This document shows positions 1-13,339 of a stretch of DNA of 64,000 nt, piece after piece. Positions within the stretch are counted from its first letter, which is position 1; each line of letters starts with the position of its first letter. Under the pieces are notes generated by a model. The model was not told where the DNA came from. It did not search any database and was given only the letters and a program-made list of their open reading frames with translations. This DNA is from Raja brachyura (lineage: Eukaryota). The stretch covers positions 113,584,001-113,648,000 of the forward strand of contig OY740781.1 of NCBI GenBank assembly GCA_963514005.1, read 5' to 3'. Position numbers and translations under genes: made by a program.

Positions 1-935
1 AAGTTTGCGGATGACACGAAGCTGGGGGCAGTGTTAGCTGTGAGGAGGATTCTAGGAGGCTGCAAGGTGACTTGGATATGTTGGGCAAATGCATGGCAGA
101 AGCAGTATAATGTGGATAAATGTGAGGTTATCCACTTTGGCGGCAAAAACAGGAGGGTAGACTATTATCTGAACGGTGGCCGATTAGGAAAGGGGGAGAT
201 GCAACGAGACCTGGGTGTCATGATATACCAGTCATTGAAAGTAGGCATGCAGGTGCAGCAGGCAGTGAAGAAAGCGAATGGTTTGTTGGCATTCATAGCA
301 AAAGGACTTGAGTACAAGAGCAGGGAGGTTCTACTGCAGTTGTACAGGGTCTTGGTGAGGCCACACCTGGAGTATTGCGTACAGTTTTGGTCTCCTAATC
401 TGAGGAAAGACATTCTTGCCTCTCTGAGTACAGAGAGGGTTCACCAGACTGATTCCTGGGATGGCAGGACTTCCATATGAAGAAAGACTGGATAGACTCA
501 GCTTGTACTCACTGGAATTTAGGAGGTTGAGGGGGGATCTTATCGAGACTTCCAAAAAATCTTAAGGGGTTGGACAGGCTAGATGCATGAAGATTGTTCC
601 CGATGTTGGGGAACTCCAGAACAAGGGGTCACAGTCTAAGGATAAGGGGGAAGTCTTTTGGGACCGAGATGAGAAGATCATTTTTCACACAGAGAGTGGT
701 GAATCTGTGGAATTCTCTGCCACAGAAGGTAGTTGAGGCCAGTTCATTGGCTATATTTAAGAGGGAGTTAGATGTGGCCCTTGTGGCTAAAGGGATCAGG
801 GGGTATGGAGAGACGGCAGGTACAGGATACTGATTTGGATGTTCAGCCATGATCATATTGAATGGCGGTGCAGGCTCGAAGGGCCGAATGGCCTACTCCT
901 GCATCTATTTTCTATGATTCTATGATTCTTTCTAT
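1..935 (+). mobile_element. CR1-clade LINE 3' fragment (RT C-terminus + 3'UTR), degenerate
   Basis: KFADDTKLGG, RPHLEYCVQFWSP and RTRGHSLRI motifs with frameshifts; (TTCTATGA)n-type tail at ~910-930. Confidence 0.95.
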
Positions 936-1241
936 CTTCGATTTAAACCAGCATCTGCAGTTCTTTCCTACATTGTATATTGTTACCCCTAATTCTCTTC
1001 CAAATGGGAGTAAACCTACCTCGAAGAATTCTCTCCAATAGTTTCCCACCACTGATGTGAGGCTAAACAGCCTACGGTTCTCTCCATTTCCTCCACTTCC
1101 TTTCTTAAACAAAAGTACAATATTGGCCACTCTTCAGGCCTCCGGGACCGCGTCTGTGGCTAGAGAAGAAATATAGATCCTAGTCAAGGCCCCACAATGT
1201 CTTCTCTTGCCTCCCTCAATAACCTGGGATAGATCCACCGA

Positions 1242-2230
1242 TGCACAGTGGGGCAGAGGTAGAGTTGCTGCCTTACAGCGATTGAAGTGCCGGAGAATCG
1301 GATTCGACCCCGACTACGGGTGCTGTCTGTACAGAGTTTGTACGTTCTCCCCGTGACCTGCGTGTTTTTTCTCTGTGATAATAGACAATAGACAATAGGT
1401 GCACGAGTAGGCCATTTGGCCCTTCGAGCCAGCACCGCCATTCAATGTGATCATGGCTGACCATCCCCAATCAGTACCCCGTTCCTGCTTTCTCCTCATA
1501 TACTCTGACTCTGCCATTTTTAAGAGCCCTATCTAGCTCTCTCTTGAAAGCATCCAGAGAACCTGCCTCCACCGCCCTCTGAGGCAGAGAATTCCACAGA
1601 CTCACCACTTTCTGTGAGAAAAAGTGTTTCTTCGTCTCCGTTCTAAATGGCTTACTCCTTATTCTTAAACTGTGGCCCCTGGTTCTGAACTCCCCCAACA
1701 TCGGGAACATGTTTCCTGCCTCTAGCGTATCCAAGCCCTTAACAATCTTATATGTTTCAATCAGATGCCCTCTCATCCTTCTAAACTCCAGAGTGTACAA
1801 GCCCAGCTGCTCCATTCTCTCAGCATGTGACAGTCTCGCCATCCCGGGAATTAATCTTGTAAACCTACGCTGCACTCCCTCAATAACAAGAATGTCCTTC
1901 CACAAATTAGGGGACCATAACTGCACACAATACTCCAGGTGTGGTCTCACTAGGGCTCTGTACAACTGCAGAAGGGCCACTTTGCTCCTATATTTGATTC
2001 CTCTTGTTATAAAGGCCAACATGCCATTTGCTTTCTTCACCGGACCAGTGATCTTCGGTTTCCTCGCACACGCCAAAGACATACAGGTTTATTGGCTAAT
2101 TGGCTTGGTAAATGTGAAAAATGTCTCTGGTGCATCCAGGATAGTGTTAATATGCGGGAATCACTGGTCGGCGCGGACTCGGTGGGCGGAAGGGCTTGTT
2201 TCCGCCGTGTATCTCTAAACCCAACTAAAA
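1242..2230 (+). mobile_element. tRNA-derived HE1/V-SINE-like SINE split by a CR1 insertion (SINE parts ~1242-1375 and ~2040-2230)
   Basis: Head with degenerate A box and B box (gattcgaccc); body tgctgtctgtacagagtttgtacgttctcc; tail resumes after the CR1; matches intact copy at 43577. Confidence 0.8.
1378..2040 (-). mobile_element. CR1 LINE 3' fragment
   Basis: ORF 1471-2082 (RPHLEYCVQLWSP...RTRGHSLRI...GTGY); (TATTGTC)n tail at 1378-1397. Confidence 0.95.
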
Positions 2231-2234
2231 ATCC

Positions 2235-2860
2235 TGTCACACCCTGGGGACTGTTCCTCCTTAATGTTCTTCAGGAGCCTCAGCACCACCACCTTCTCGA
2301 TCTCAAACTGCCCGAGCATATTAGTATTCTCCACACTGACCTCACTGTCCTCCAAGTCCTTCACATCTGTGAATACAGATGCAAAGTACTCATTTAGTTC
2401 CTCACCTACACCCTTCGACTCCAAGATAGATTCCCATCATTAGCTTTGAGTGCCCCTACTTTCTCCCTGATCGCTCTCTTATTTTTAACGCACGTATAAA
2501 AAATCTTGAGATTTTCTTTAATCAGATTGGCCAATAATATTTCATTGCTTGTTTTGGCCCTTCTAATTGACTGCTTAAGTTATTTCCTACTCACTTTATA
2601 TTCTTTATAAGCCCTGTTTGATGCAACAACTGCTCACCCTCCCTTGCTCCTGCCTAATGACCGTGTAATAGCCCTGCCCCAAGTAAGCACCTTCCCCTAA
2701 CAATCAGACCTGTCTGTTTTCAAAACAATCTTAACATTTATAGGGTTGTGATCATTATCTCCAAGTTCTTCTTGCACCGCAAAATCAGTCACGTGGCCAG
2801 GCTTGTTTCCCAAGACAAGGTTCAATTTGGTCCCTTCATGTTCCTTCACCACTTTTTGTT
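2235..2860 (-). mobile_element. Old CR1 ORF2 fragments (EN-RT linker)
   Basis: LNEYFASVFT, KSPG-like and LNLVLGNKPG/LGDNDHN motifs. Confidence 0.75.
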
Positions 2861-2871
2861 TTGCTGTAAAC

Positions 2872-4563
2872 TCTGTGAGGTAAGGGGAAAAAGTAGAGTA
2901 GCTATGGAAACTATGAGATTCAAAGAGGAGGAAGTACTGACACTTTTGAAAAATATAAAAGTGGATAAGTCTCCAGGTCCTGACAGGATATTCCCTAGGA
3001 CATTGAGGGAAGTTAGTGTAGAAATAGCAGGGGCTTTGACAGAAATATTTCAAATGTCATTAGAAACGGGAATTATGCCGGAGGATTGGCGTACTGCGCA
3101 TGTTGTTCCATTGTTTAAAAAGGGTTCAAAGAAAAAACCTAGTAATTATAGACCTGTTAGTTTGACGTCAGTGGTGGGCAAATTAATAGAAAGGATACTT
3201 AGAGATAATATATATAAGCATTTGGATAAACAGAGTCTGATCAGGAACAGTCAACATGGATTTGTGCCTGGAAGGTAATGTTTGACAAACCTTCTTGAAT
3301 TTTTTGAAGAGGTTACTAGGGAAATTGATGAGGGTAAAGCAGTGGATGTTGTCTATATGGATTTCAGTAAGGCCTTTGACAAGGTTCCCCATGGAAGGTT
3401 GGTTAAGAAGGTTCAATCTTTGGGTGTTAATGGCGGAGTAGCAAGATGGATTCAACAGTGGCTGAATGGGAGATGCCACAGAGTAATGGTGGATGGCTGT
3501 TTGTCAGGTTGGAAGCCAGTGACCAGTGGGGTGCCTCAGGGATCTGTGTTGGGTCCACTGTTGTTTATCATGTACATCAATGATCTGGATGATGGGGTGG
3601 AAATTTGGATAAGTAATGGATAATGAAAATTGGATAAGCAGATGATACTAAGATAGGTGGTGTTGTGGATAAAGAAGTAGATTCACAAAGTCTACAGAGA
3701 GATTTGGGCCATTTGGAAGAGTGGGCTGAAAGATGGCAGATGGAGTTTAATACTGATAAGTGTGAGGTGCTACATCTTGGCAGGACAAATCAAAATAGGA
3801 CATACATGGTAAATGGTAGGGAATTGAGGAATACTGTGGAACAGAGGGATCTAGGAATAACTGTGCATAGTTCCCTGAAGGTGGAATCGCATGTAGATAG
3901 GGTGGTAAAGAAAGCTTTTGGTGTGCTGGCCTTTATAAATCAGTGCATTGAATATAGGAGTAGGCAAGTAATGTTAAAATTGTACAAGGCATTGGTGAGA
4001 TCAATTCTGGAGTATGGTGTACAATTTTGGTTGCCTAATTATAGGAAGGATGTCAACAAAATAGAGAGAGGGCAGAGGAGATTTACTAGAATGTTGCCTG
4101 GGTTCCAGCAACTAAGTCACAGAGAAAGGTCGAACAAGTTAGGTCTTTATTCTTTGGAGTGCATAAGGTTAAGGGGGGACTTGATTCAGGTCTTTAAAAT
4201 GATGAAAGGGATAGACAGAGTTGACGTGGATAAGCTTTTCCCATTGAGGGTAGGGAAGATTCAAACAAGAGGGCATGACATGAGAATTAAGGGACAGAAG
4301 TTTAGGGGTAACGTGAGGGGGAACTTCTTTACTCAGAGAGTGGTGGCTGTGTGGAATGAGCTTCCAGCAGAAGTGGTGGAGGCAGGATCGATTTTAACAT
4401 TTAAAAGTAAAGTGGATAGGTATATGGACGGGAAGGGAATGGAGGGGTATGGTCTGAGTGCAGGTAGATGGGACTAGGGGAAAATAAATGTTCGGCACGG
4501 ACTGGAAGGGCCGAGAGGGCCTGTTTCCGTGTTATAATTGTTATATGGTTATATGGTTATATG
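2872..4563 (+). mobile_element. CR1 LINE, 5'-truncated, RT domain largely present
   Basis: NYRPVSLTSVVGK, QHGF, DFSKAFD, GVPQGSVLGP, INDL motifs; (GTTATATG)n tail. Confidence 0.96.
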
Positions 4564-4709
4564 ATAAACCTACTGAACTACATGCAGAAAAGAAACTTAT
4601 TATCAGAACAAAAACATGTGGAAACATTCAATAAGCCAGAGAAGATCAATGTGGGCAGAAAGAGTTAAAGTTCTAGATTAGAGAGTTATTCTCGTGAAAC
4701 ATTTAACCT

Positions 4710-5057
4710 AGAGTGGATGTGGAGAGGATGTTTCCAGTAGTTGGGGAGTCCAGGACCAGAGACTACAGCCTCAGGATAAAAGGACGTACCTTTAGAATGG
4801 AGAGAAGGGGGAATTTATTTAGCCAGAGGGTGGTGAATCTGTGGAATTCATTGCCACAGACGCCGATGAAGACATGACAGTGGGTATTTTTAAAGTGGAA
4901 ATTGATAGGTTCTTGATTATTAAGGGTGTCAAAGGTTACGGGGAGAATGCAGGAGAATGGTGTTGAGAAGGACCAATAGATCAGCCACAATGCAATGGCA
5001 GAGCAGACGTGATGGGATGAATGGCCTTATTCTGCTCCTCTGTCTTATGATCTTATG
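4710..5057 (+). mobile_element. CR1 3' end fragment
   Basis: Degenerate FP..GESRTR / FSQRVVNLWNSLP and CR1 3'UTR. Confidence 0.85.
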
Positions 5058-5314
5058 AATTATTTTTCTCCTTAACATTGAAAAGTCTTTTGATTTTTAG
5101 TTTGGAATCTCTAAAACTGGATTTTCTTTGTCCTGCTGCTTACAACTTCAATCTGCATCTACTCTAGCTATGCAAGATACTCATTGTCACAAGATTAAAA
5201 AATGCCAGGCAAACTAATGTGACTAAAGACTGACAAATCCTCTGGACCTGATGGCCTGCGTATTAATGCTTTAATGAAAGTGGCAGATGAATAATTGTTC
5301 GTTTTTTTCATTTT

Positions 5315-5596
5315 ATTTAAATATACAGCTCGGAAACAGGCCTTTCGGCCCACTGATTCCACGGTGACCAGCGATCCCTGTACACTTACACTATCCTAAA
5401 CACACTAGGGACAATTTACAATCATACCAAGCCAATGAACCTACAAACCTGTACACTTTTGGTGTGTGGGAGTAAAACGGAGGTCCTGGAAACAACCCAT
5501 GCAGGTCAAGGGGAGAACGTACAAACTCCGTACAGACAGCACCCATAGTCAGGATTGAACCCGGGTCTCTGGTGCTGTATGCCACCGTGCTGCCCT
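5315..5596 (-). mobile_element. HE1/V-SINE-like SINE
   Basis: Reverse complement of the SINE head, body and tail seen at 43577. Confidence 0.8.
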
Positions 5597-6312
5597 TGTG
5601 CACTGATTGTGATTTTCCATAATGCACTATATTCTAGGAAGGTCCCCGCAATTTGCATCCCAAACATAACAGTATTATTCAGTAAAAGAGAGATCGAAAG
5701 GAAACTTAACTCATTAGCCTAACATCTGTCATTGAAAAAGTATTGGAATCCATTATTAAGGAAGTAGTATCGGAATATTTAGAAATCATAATATAATTAA
5801 ATAGAGCCAACATTATTTTATGAAAGGAAAATCATGTTTTTTTTTAAGTGTCAAATTTTATTTGGCACTTAAAAAAACTTTGTGGGCTTTATGGTTTTAT
5901 TAAGTAGGGTGATTAAAGGTGTAATGTTGTCATAGATGTAATGTTTTTGGACATTGAAAAATAACTAAATAATTTGCCACTTAAAAGGGTACAGCACAGA
6001 AGCTTGTAGTGTGGTACTAATGGCACACGGCTTCAACTACCAACAAATTTACAAATGATACAAAGTTAGGCAGTTAAAAGGATGCAAAGATGGAAAAACG
6101 GCAAATCTGTATATTCTGTGGATATGTTCAGCATTTATAAAATCAAGCACAGATTAAATTCAACTTAATTCCAGCTGCTTTTCCATTCCACTCTTAGAAA
6201 AATTACACAATTTTCAAGCAGATTAAAATATTAAAATTAATAAATACATTTGTTTTGTCAGTTTAGACACTTTCATGCATGTGGAAAACATTTGGCACTG
6301 ATCCCTGCCTAC

Positions 6313-6380
6313 CTAGAAATGCTGTCATATTCATGATTTGGCTAAAAATGCAGCTTTCAGGCGGGGTATCACCTGCAACA
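6313..6380 (-). CDS. TMEM150C: TMEM150C (Tentonin-3) coding exon 4, 68 nt: (S)VAGDTPPESCIFSQIMNMTAFL
   Basis: ctttttaag acceptor and gtaggc donor; peptide matches human [22 protein letters not shown]; frame continuous with the preceding exon. Confidence 0.93.
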
Positions 6381-6499
6381 CTTAAAAAGAAAAAGGTTAC
6401 TACATTTGCAATCCAAGTGAATCCAAAACCCCAAGTGAATATGTGTGGAACAGAACCAGGTCACAGTGTGTATAATGGATAGATAAATTCCAACAATAC

Positions 6500-6529
6500 C
6501 TTATAAATGGAGGGCGTAATTTGCACATC
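6500..6529 (-). CDS. TMEM150C: TMEM150C coding exon 3, 30 nt: (K)MCKLRPPFI(S)
   Basis: AG/GT boundaries, phase 2-2; matches the conserved PYIS motif of the TMEM150/DRAM family. Confidence 0.85.
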
Positions 6530-6682
6530 CTTTAACTAGAAATAAGTCAGAAATTATCATTTTAGAAATAATAAAAAATGTACAAGGTGTTTTGTAAACA
6601 AAATTTACACATTCGGTTATTTTTTTTACCATTGGTTCCATTCATTTGCCACTCCGATAAGTAACATTACATGAATGGTAAT

Positions 6683-6955
6683 CTGTAGAAAAAAGGAATT
6701 GCAGATGCTGGTTTACAAAAAAAATGACACAATGTGTTGGAGTAAATCAGCGGGTCAGGCAGCATCCCTGGAGAACATGGGCAGGTGAGGTTTCAGACGG
6801 GACCATTTCTTCAGACTATTTGTAGTTGGGGAGGGGGTGGGGAAAATAAGAAGAGAGGAGGGACAGGGCAAAGGTGAATGCATGCGAGGGGGTTTTGATA
6901 GGCAGATGGTTGGACAAGGGCCAGAGATAAAAGAAAAGGGTGTGAGACAAAACAA
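6683..6955 (-). mobile_element. Penelope-type terminal-repeat fragment with degenerate hammerhead motif
   Basis: Same repeat as the tail of the GIY-YIG fragment at 14176-14962. Confidence 0.7.
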
Positions 6956-7239
6956 TCTCTCCAGCATCTTGCCAGAGAGACAATAAACTATTGAAAATCT
7001 TGTACAAATTTACCCAAATGATTAAGGAGTACTTACACAAGCAACTCTCCTCTCTTAGGACATAGTTTTGAGCATTTAATTTTCCATTGGAATAAACAGG
7101 GTGGTAAAATACAATTGTTAAAGTGTTTGAAATGGGGATTGTTCAATTCTGAATGAATCTTAAATAGATTAAAAATTGTTTCTTTAAAACAGTGACAGGA
7201 ACAGACACAGAATTAAAGTGCTGGGTGTGAGGAACTAGA

Positions 7240-7955
7240 TACTACAGCACCCAGCACTGTCAACGATGGTTGTTGTTTTCCTCTTCTCGCCTCCAAGCCC
7301 TCCCAAAATGAAGTCTCCCCTCTCACCCTAGTCCAATCAGTACACTCTGCCCTCTTCGAGTGCACTCCCTGGAGGAACAATGGCACTCGATCTGGCCCAT
7401 CAGTTGCATTGTGGCCGAACACAGACTTCCCCTAGTCACTCCCATAAATCGCAGCAGAGCCTTGTCGTCCACCTCACGCTGCCAAATGCTCCTCTGCAGG
7501 CAGGTCGATGCGTCTCAGTGTGCAGCTGGAAGTTCCGACGCCCGCGGCTGGAAGCTCCGCAGACCACAGCTCCACGGTCAAAGTCGGCAGTCCCAGTACT
7601 CCGGATCTCCAACACGCAACCCCAGTAAGGCATCACCCGCTCCGCGATGGAATCCAGTGCTGCGTCGCTGCTGAAGCTGAAGCTCTGGCCGGTCTCCGGC
7701 AGGAAAGACCGCGCCAATCCAGATGTTTGGCCTCGAGGAGGGGGCGAAGATGCAGCTCGGAGGAAAGACGCATCCTCGACCAGGTAGTGACTAAGAAAAA
7801 CAGTTTCCCCCTTCCCCCACCCCCCTCCCCCCACATAAAAGAAGACTAAAAGACCTCTAAAAACAAACTTTAAGACAGACTAAAAATAACAAAAAGGACG
7901 AAAGTACAGACAGCTGCTGGCGAGGCTGCCACACTCGATGGCGCCACCACTCGGA
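7240..7955 (-). mobile_element. Non-coding retroposon-like repeat, related to 31750-32450
   Basis: Shared 5' segment GGTGGC..GGCAGCCTCGCCA(G/A)CAG.TGTC, T-rich tract and G-run. Confidence 0.5.
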
Positions 7956-9501
7956 GATGTATGTCATTTGGAGTGTGGGAGGAAACTGGAGCTTCTGGAG
8001 AAAACTAACCCAGGTCACAGAACGTACAATCTCTATACAGTCAGGATCGAACCCAGGTCTCTGGCAGTGTAACGCAGCAACTCTAGCGCTGCACCACCGT
8101 GCCGCCCTTACTGCAGTCTTCCAGAATATGAGTCGTTGTCACTCAAGATATACAGAAGACTCTGAACCCACAGGGCTTCTGTCTCCCACTAGCCCTATAT
8201 CCATTGGCCACGTGTCTCCCAGACTGTCCCCCGCTCATGGGCCTTTCTTCCACTGCCCCTCAATTCATAGACCATTGTCTCTCACGCTCCGATTAAAGGC
8301 ATTGAGACAGTGAGAATTGAGCAACAGCGCGAGAGACAGAGTCCCCCAATCTTCATGGCACCGCACCTGTGGCTATCGATGATTAAAAAAAATCTCCGGC
8401 AGTGGCCTTCAGGCAGTCTGGAGCAGGATCTCAACCCGAAACATCACCAATTCCATCTCTCCGGAGATGCTGCCTGACCCGCTGAGTTACTCCAGGATTT
8501 TGTGTCTATCACCGGCAGTAGCCAAGGAATGTCTCTTCCATAGCTTCCCACAATGTTCTAGGATACATTTGATCAGATCCTTGTGATTTATTTACCTTAA
8601 TATGTCTTAAGATCTGTTGCATTCCTCGTCTTCAAGAAATCACTATTAACATTCCCGGGTTTCCTAGCATCCACAAATTGGTCCACGGTAAATACATACG
8701 AGAAATGTTAATTTAATAATGTCCATTTCCTGTGCCTTCGTATGTAAACAACCACATTGATCTTTGCAGGGCCTGTTCTCCCTCTAGTAACTCTTTTGCC
8801 TTGCCCAGATGGCACCCAACACAGGCGACTATTTGCCTGCTGGCCACAGAAGCACATCGACAACCTCATATTACAATCGCTCCACCACTTTTAAATCTCC
8901 ATTCCTACAAAGCATTTCTTATCATAACTATGATCCTTGATCGGACTTTGCTAGATTTACCTTGCACTAAATGTTATTCCCTTATCATGTATCTCTACAC
9001 TGTAAATGGATCAATTGTAATCATGTATTGTCTTTCTGCTGACTGGTTCGCACGCAACAAAAGCTTTTCACTGTACCTCGGTACACGTGACAATAAACTA
9101 AACTTAATATAGAATCATTGTGGATTCTTCTTCACCTCATCTGCCAAAGCTAGTTCGTGTCCCCTTTTTGGCTTCCTAATTTCCTTCTAAAGTGTGCTCC
9201 TATACCTCCTATACTCCTCAAGGAATTCACTTGATAGCAACTGCCTACACCAGAGGCATCTTTCCTTTTCTTGACTTGAGCTTCAATGTCTCTTGTCATC
9301 TAAACAATTTTTGTTTAAGGTACATTTTCCTTATAAGTTGACACATTGAAATAAGTCAACATTCATATATAGTTATACTTTCCAGTGCCATTTTTGCAGT
9401 TCATCCACAATAATGCAATTTCTTATTTATTGTATGTACGATCTACTTTCGATTCTGCATTCAGTGAACTAACGTTCAGTGAAATCAGAAAAGGTACTTA
9501 C

Positions 9502-9555
9502 TTTTCGAATGAATCATTACGACAAATCTTTTTGTTTACCAGTGCAAGTTCATAT
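9502..9555 (-). CDS. TMEM150C: TMEM150C coding exon 2, 54 nt: (V)YELALVNKKICRNDSFE(K)
   Basis: tttaatag acceptor and gtaagt donor, phase 2-2; aligns to human YFIAVEDDKILPLNSAE. Confidence 0.85.
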
Positions 9556-9779
9556 CTATTAAACATAAAAATTATTTTATGAATGCTCAAAATATATATC
9601 AAACATGCAATTCAAAACACACAAACATAATAGCACACCAGTAGTTTACTCATCAGTTTGGAATGAGCATTTTCACTATAGAATCCAGAGTTTATAGCCC
9701 TGGTTGAATGAATGGAAGTTGCCTCTCTTGCAAACTAGGAAGAACCATCGTGAAGCATGACCACATGACACTTAATTGT

Positions 9780-10484
9780 GGAGTCTCTAGCATAATGACG
9801 GATGATCTCAGTGAAACATAAGATACTTAGGGGAAGACATGGCAGGGTAGTTGTTGAGATATTTCTATTCAGAAGAAGCTCGAACAATAGGGACATGGTT
9901 ACAAGACAAGGGGGCAGTTGTTTAAAACTGAGTTGTGCAGAAACTTCTCGCAGATGGTGGTGAATCTCTAGAATTCTTTGTTTTGAAGGATTGTGAATGC
10001 TTTGTGGTATTTAAAGGGGATATAGATAACTTGATGAAAGATTCAAAAGTAGATGGAGTGGTGAAGAAGGTGTCTGGTCTGCTTGTATTCATTATTCAAG
10101 GCATTGAGTTTAAGAGGAAGTCATGTTGTAGCTTTCTAAAACTTTGGTTAGGCTGCATTTGGAGTATTGTGTGCAATTCTGGTCGCCCCCATTACCGAAA
10201 GGATGTAGGGGTTTTGCAGAGAGTGCAGTAGAGCGTCACCAGAATGCTGCCTGGATTAAAGGGCATTAGCTGTAAGCAAAGGTTGGACAAACATAGAAAC
10301 ATAGAAAATAGGTGCAGGAGTAGGCCTTTCGGCCCTTCGAGCCTGCACTAACATTCAATATGATCATGGCTAATTATCCAACTCAGTATCCCGTACCTGC
10401 CTTCTCTCCATACCCCCTGATCCCTTTAGCCACAAGGGCCACATCTAACTCCCTCTTAAATATATCCAATGAACTGGCCTCAAC
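9780..10484. mobile_element. Cluster of CR1 fragments (+ strand 9780-10290; - strand 3' end 10290-10484)
   Basis: Degenerate CR1 RT C-terminus and (TTTCTATG)n tail. Confidence 0.8.
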
Positions 10485-12940
10485 TGGAGGCCCTAGGGGT
10501 CACCACGCCAGTCTCTGAATCCACGGATTGGGTATCCTTGATGGTAGCTGCCACTAAAACAAACCATGACGGACGCAGAGATCGAGGTACGCGCAGATCG
10601 AGAAGGAGTTACTCGCAGTGGTATTCGCATGTGTGATGTTCAATGACTATATCTTTGGTAAAGCTGTGACAATCGAAACGGACCATCAACCACTGGTTTC
10701 CATCCTGACTAAACCGATACACGCTGCACCAGCCAGGCTGCAAAGAATGATGCTGCAGCTCCAGAAGTACAACATCACCCTAATCTACTAACATGGCAAG
10801 GACATGTAGCTGGCAGACACCCTGCCCCGTGCGCCCAGGAAAACCGACGACAGGCATGCAGCCAAGAAGGACACATTTGATATTATGATGATTGACCACA
10901 GTTACCTCTCGGGTTTGGATACGTTGATTGCCCACATGGCTGAAGATAACACCCTACAGATACTCGCATCGATCATTAAATGCAGAAGGTCTAACAAGCA
11001 GCTCTCACTTCCACTTTCAGTGCAGCCATTTTTTACCGTCAGGGACGAACTGGTAATAGAGAATGGAGTTATTATGAAGGGCCACAAAGCAGTGGTCCCA
11101 GCTTCACTACAGCAGGAGTACTTTCATGCCGTACATAGAGGGCACCCTGGTTCAGAAGCAACGGTACAATGGGCCAAAAACATGTTCTTCTGGCTTGCCA
11201 TGTGGGACTATGTGCGCCAGAGGTTGCAGTAGTGTGGATGTAACAGTATGTAACAATCTAGCACCACACCAGCAGAAGGAACCTGCATCACCGGGTTCCT
11301 GATCTACCGTGGACAACCCTGGTGACTGACATTTTCGATTAGAATGGCAATCAGTACCTGGTTCTAGTGGACTCCTACTCCGGTTGGTTTGAGATTGATT
11401 TGCTCCGCACTGCCTCATCGGCGGTAGTTATTCAGAAACTTGCAAGACACTTCTCAGTTCATGGGGCCCCTCTTTCCCTCATGTCGGACAATGCAGGACA
11501 ATTTACAAGCCATAGCTTCAAAGACTACCCAACACTGGGACTTCAAACATGTCACCAGCAGCAGTCGAACGGGTTAGCAGAAAGAGCCGTTCGCAGTGCA
11601 AAACAGGTGATAGAAACATCTAAAAGAGCGGAGTCTGATGTCTTCCTGAACCTTCTTAACTTACGCAACGTTTCGCGGGACGCAGTGTTAAGTTCACCTG
11701 CACAGCGCTTGATGTCCAGACAAACCAGCACTACCCATCCAGTAGCTAAGCAACTGCTACAACCTCAGGTTCATGGTCCACATGCAATCCAAGCCCAACT
11801 ACAACACAAATGGCAAGTTCAAAAAACTTAATAAGATCAAACCAGCTGCCCCCTCTCGCCTTTGTCTCCCGGACTAACGGTCCGTCTACAAACACAGAAA
11901 GGACATGACCGCATAGGCATAGTGGCAGAAATCTGTCTGGAGCCACTTTCCTAATTAGTTCGTTCTGAAGGAGGAAATTACAGGCGTAATATGAAAAAGA
12001 ACATGTGATTCTGTTTGTAGTTTGTTTGTTTGTTAGTTTTTTGCACAAAGTCCGCGGGCACTGGCACTTTTCATTTCACTGCACATCCCATATGTGTATG
12101 TGACAAATAAACTTGACTTGACTTGACTTGAGGAAACATATCCTGCTGGTGAGTGAACCAATCTCAGCAGTTCTCGTATGGCTACGTCAGTGTCCCGGAC
12201 TTTGTGCCAAAAACTAATAGAGAGACTGTGGATTCAAACCGTAATGGCTTCACAAAGGTCAAAGAGCCACCGGCACTATTGGCGAAATCACCTATTAGAC
12301 TGCCGGTGATGTCACCCGTGAAGTCTCCCACAAAGACTACTGAACCACCACCTGAAATGATGTCACCCGCCCCTCCAGCAGAGGGCCTGTAACATACGCT
12401 TATAGGACGGGTTTGTCGGCCTAACCCTAAATACAAAGACTGTATTAGATACTAATTACAGGTTTCCATTACCTGGGCCACATTGTATTCCTCCTTATTC
12501 ATATCTTTCACGGCTTGGTCGCAATTTATAAAGCACTGTATCTTCCTACTATACATTGGAAGTTTTAGTTGTATGCTTATTTAGTTGCATGATTTATTAT
12601 ACTTAAGGAGGAGGTTGTAGATCAGTCAGTACTAGTTGACCTAATCCATATGCATACCACTGCACACTCAAACAGCTATCTGGTTGACCGTCTCATATTA
12701 TCTAGCCTGCTAGTCCAGCCTCTAGTGGATTTGTCGAGTTTGGGTTTACAGCACCTATGTATTTGAGCTCTGTGTGCTTTCTTAATAAACAACTTATACT
12801 CATGTATGGAGTCTGAAGAGGGGTCTCAACCCGAAACGTCGCCTATCTCCTTCGCTCCGTAGATGCTGCTGCACCCGCCGAGTTTCTCCAGCCTTTTGTG
12901 TACTATGGATTCTGAGTTATTTGACATTCTCACACACATG
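10485..12940 (+). mobile_element. Degenerate Gypsy LTR retrotransposon: RT remnant, RNase H, integrase, PPT and probable 3' LTR (from ~12616)
   Basis: RYAQIEKELLAV, ETDHQPL, HRGHPG, VDSYSGWFE, SDN, SNGLAERAV motifs; purine tract aaggaggagg followed by TGTAG; AATAAA at ~12784; short Rex-tail and Penelope inserts. Confidence 0.85.
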
Positions 12941-12987
12941 GCTTCAAAGGTGTTTGTAATTGCTCAGGTGTGTTTAAATGGCTCCTT

Positions 12988-13335
12988 AATTCTTAAGGGG
13001 TTGGACAGGCTAGATGCAGGAAGATTGTTCCCGATGTTGGGGAGGTCCAGGACAAGGGGTCACAGCTTAAGGATAAGGGGGAAATCCTTTAGGACCGAGA
13101 TGAGAAGGACTTTTTTCACACAGAGAGTGGTGGGTCTCTGGAACTCTCTGCCACAGAGGGTAGTTGAGGCCAGTTCATTGGCTATATTTAAGGGAGTTAG
13201 ATGTGGCCCTTGTGGCTAAGGGGATCAGAGGATATGGAGAGAAGGCAGGTACAGGATACTGAGTTGGATGATCAGCCATGATCATATTGAATGGCGGTGC
13301 AGGCTCGAAAGGCCGAATGGCCTACTTTGTTTCTA
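12988..13335 (+). mobile_element. CR1 3' end fragment
   Basis: GLDRLDAGRLFPMLGRSRTRGHSL motif. Confidence 0.9.
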
Positions 13336-13339
13336 TCTT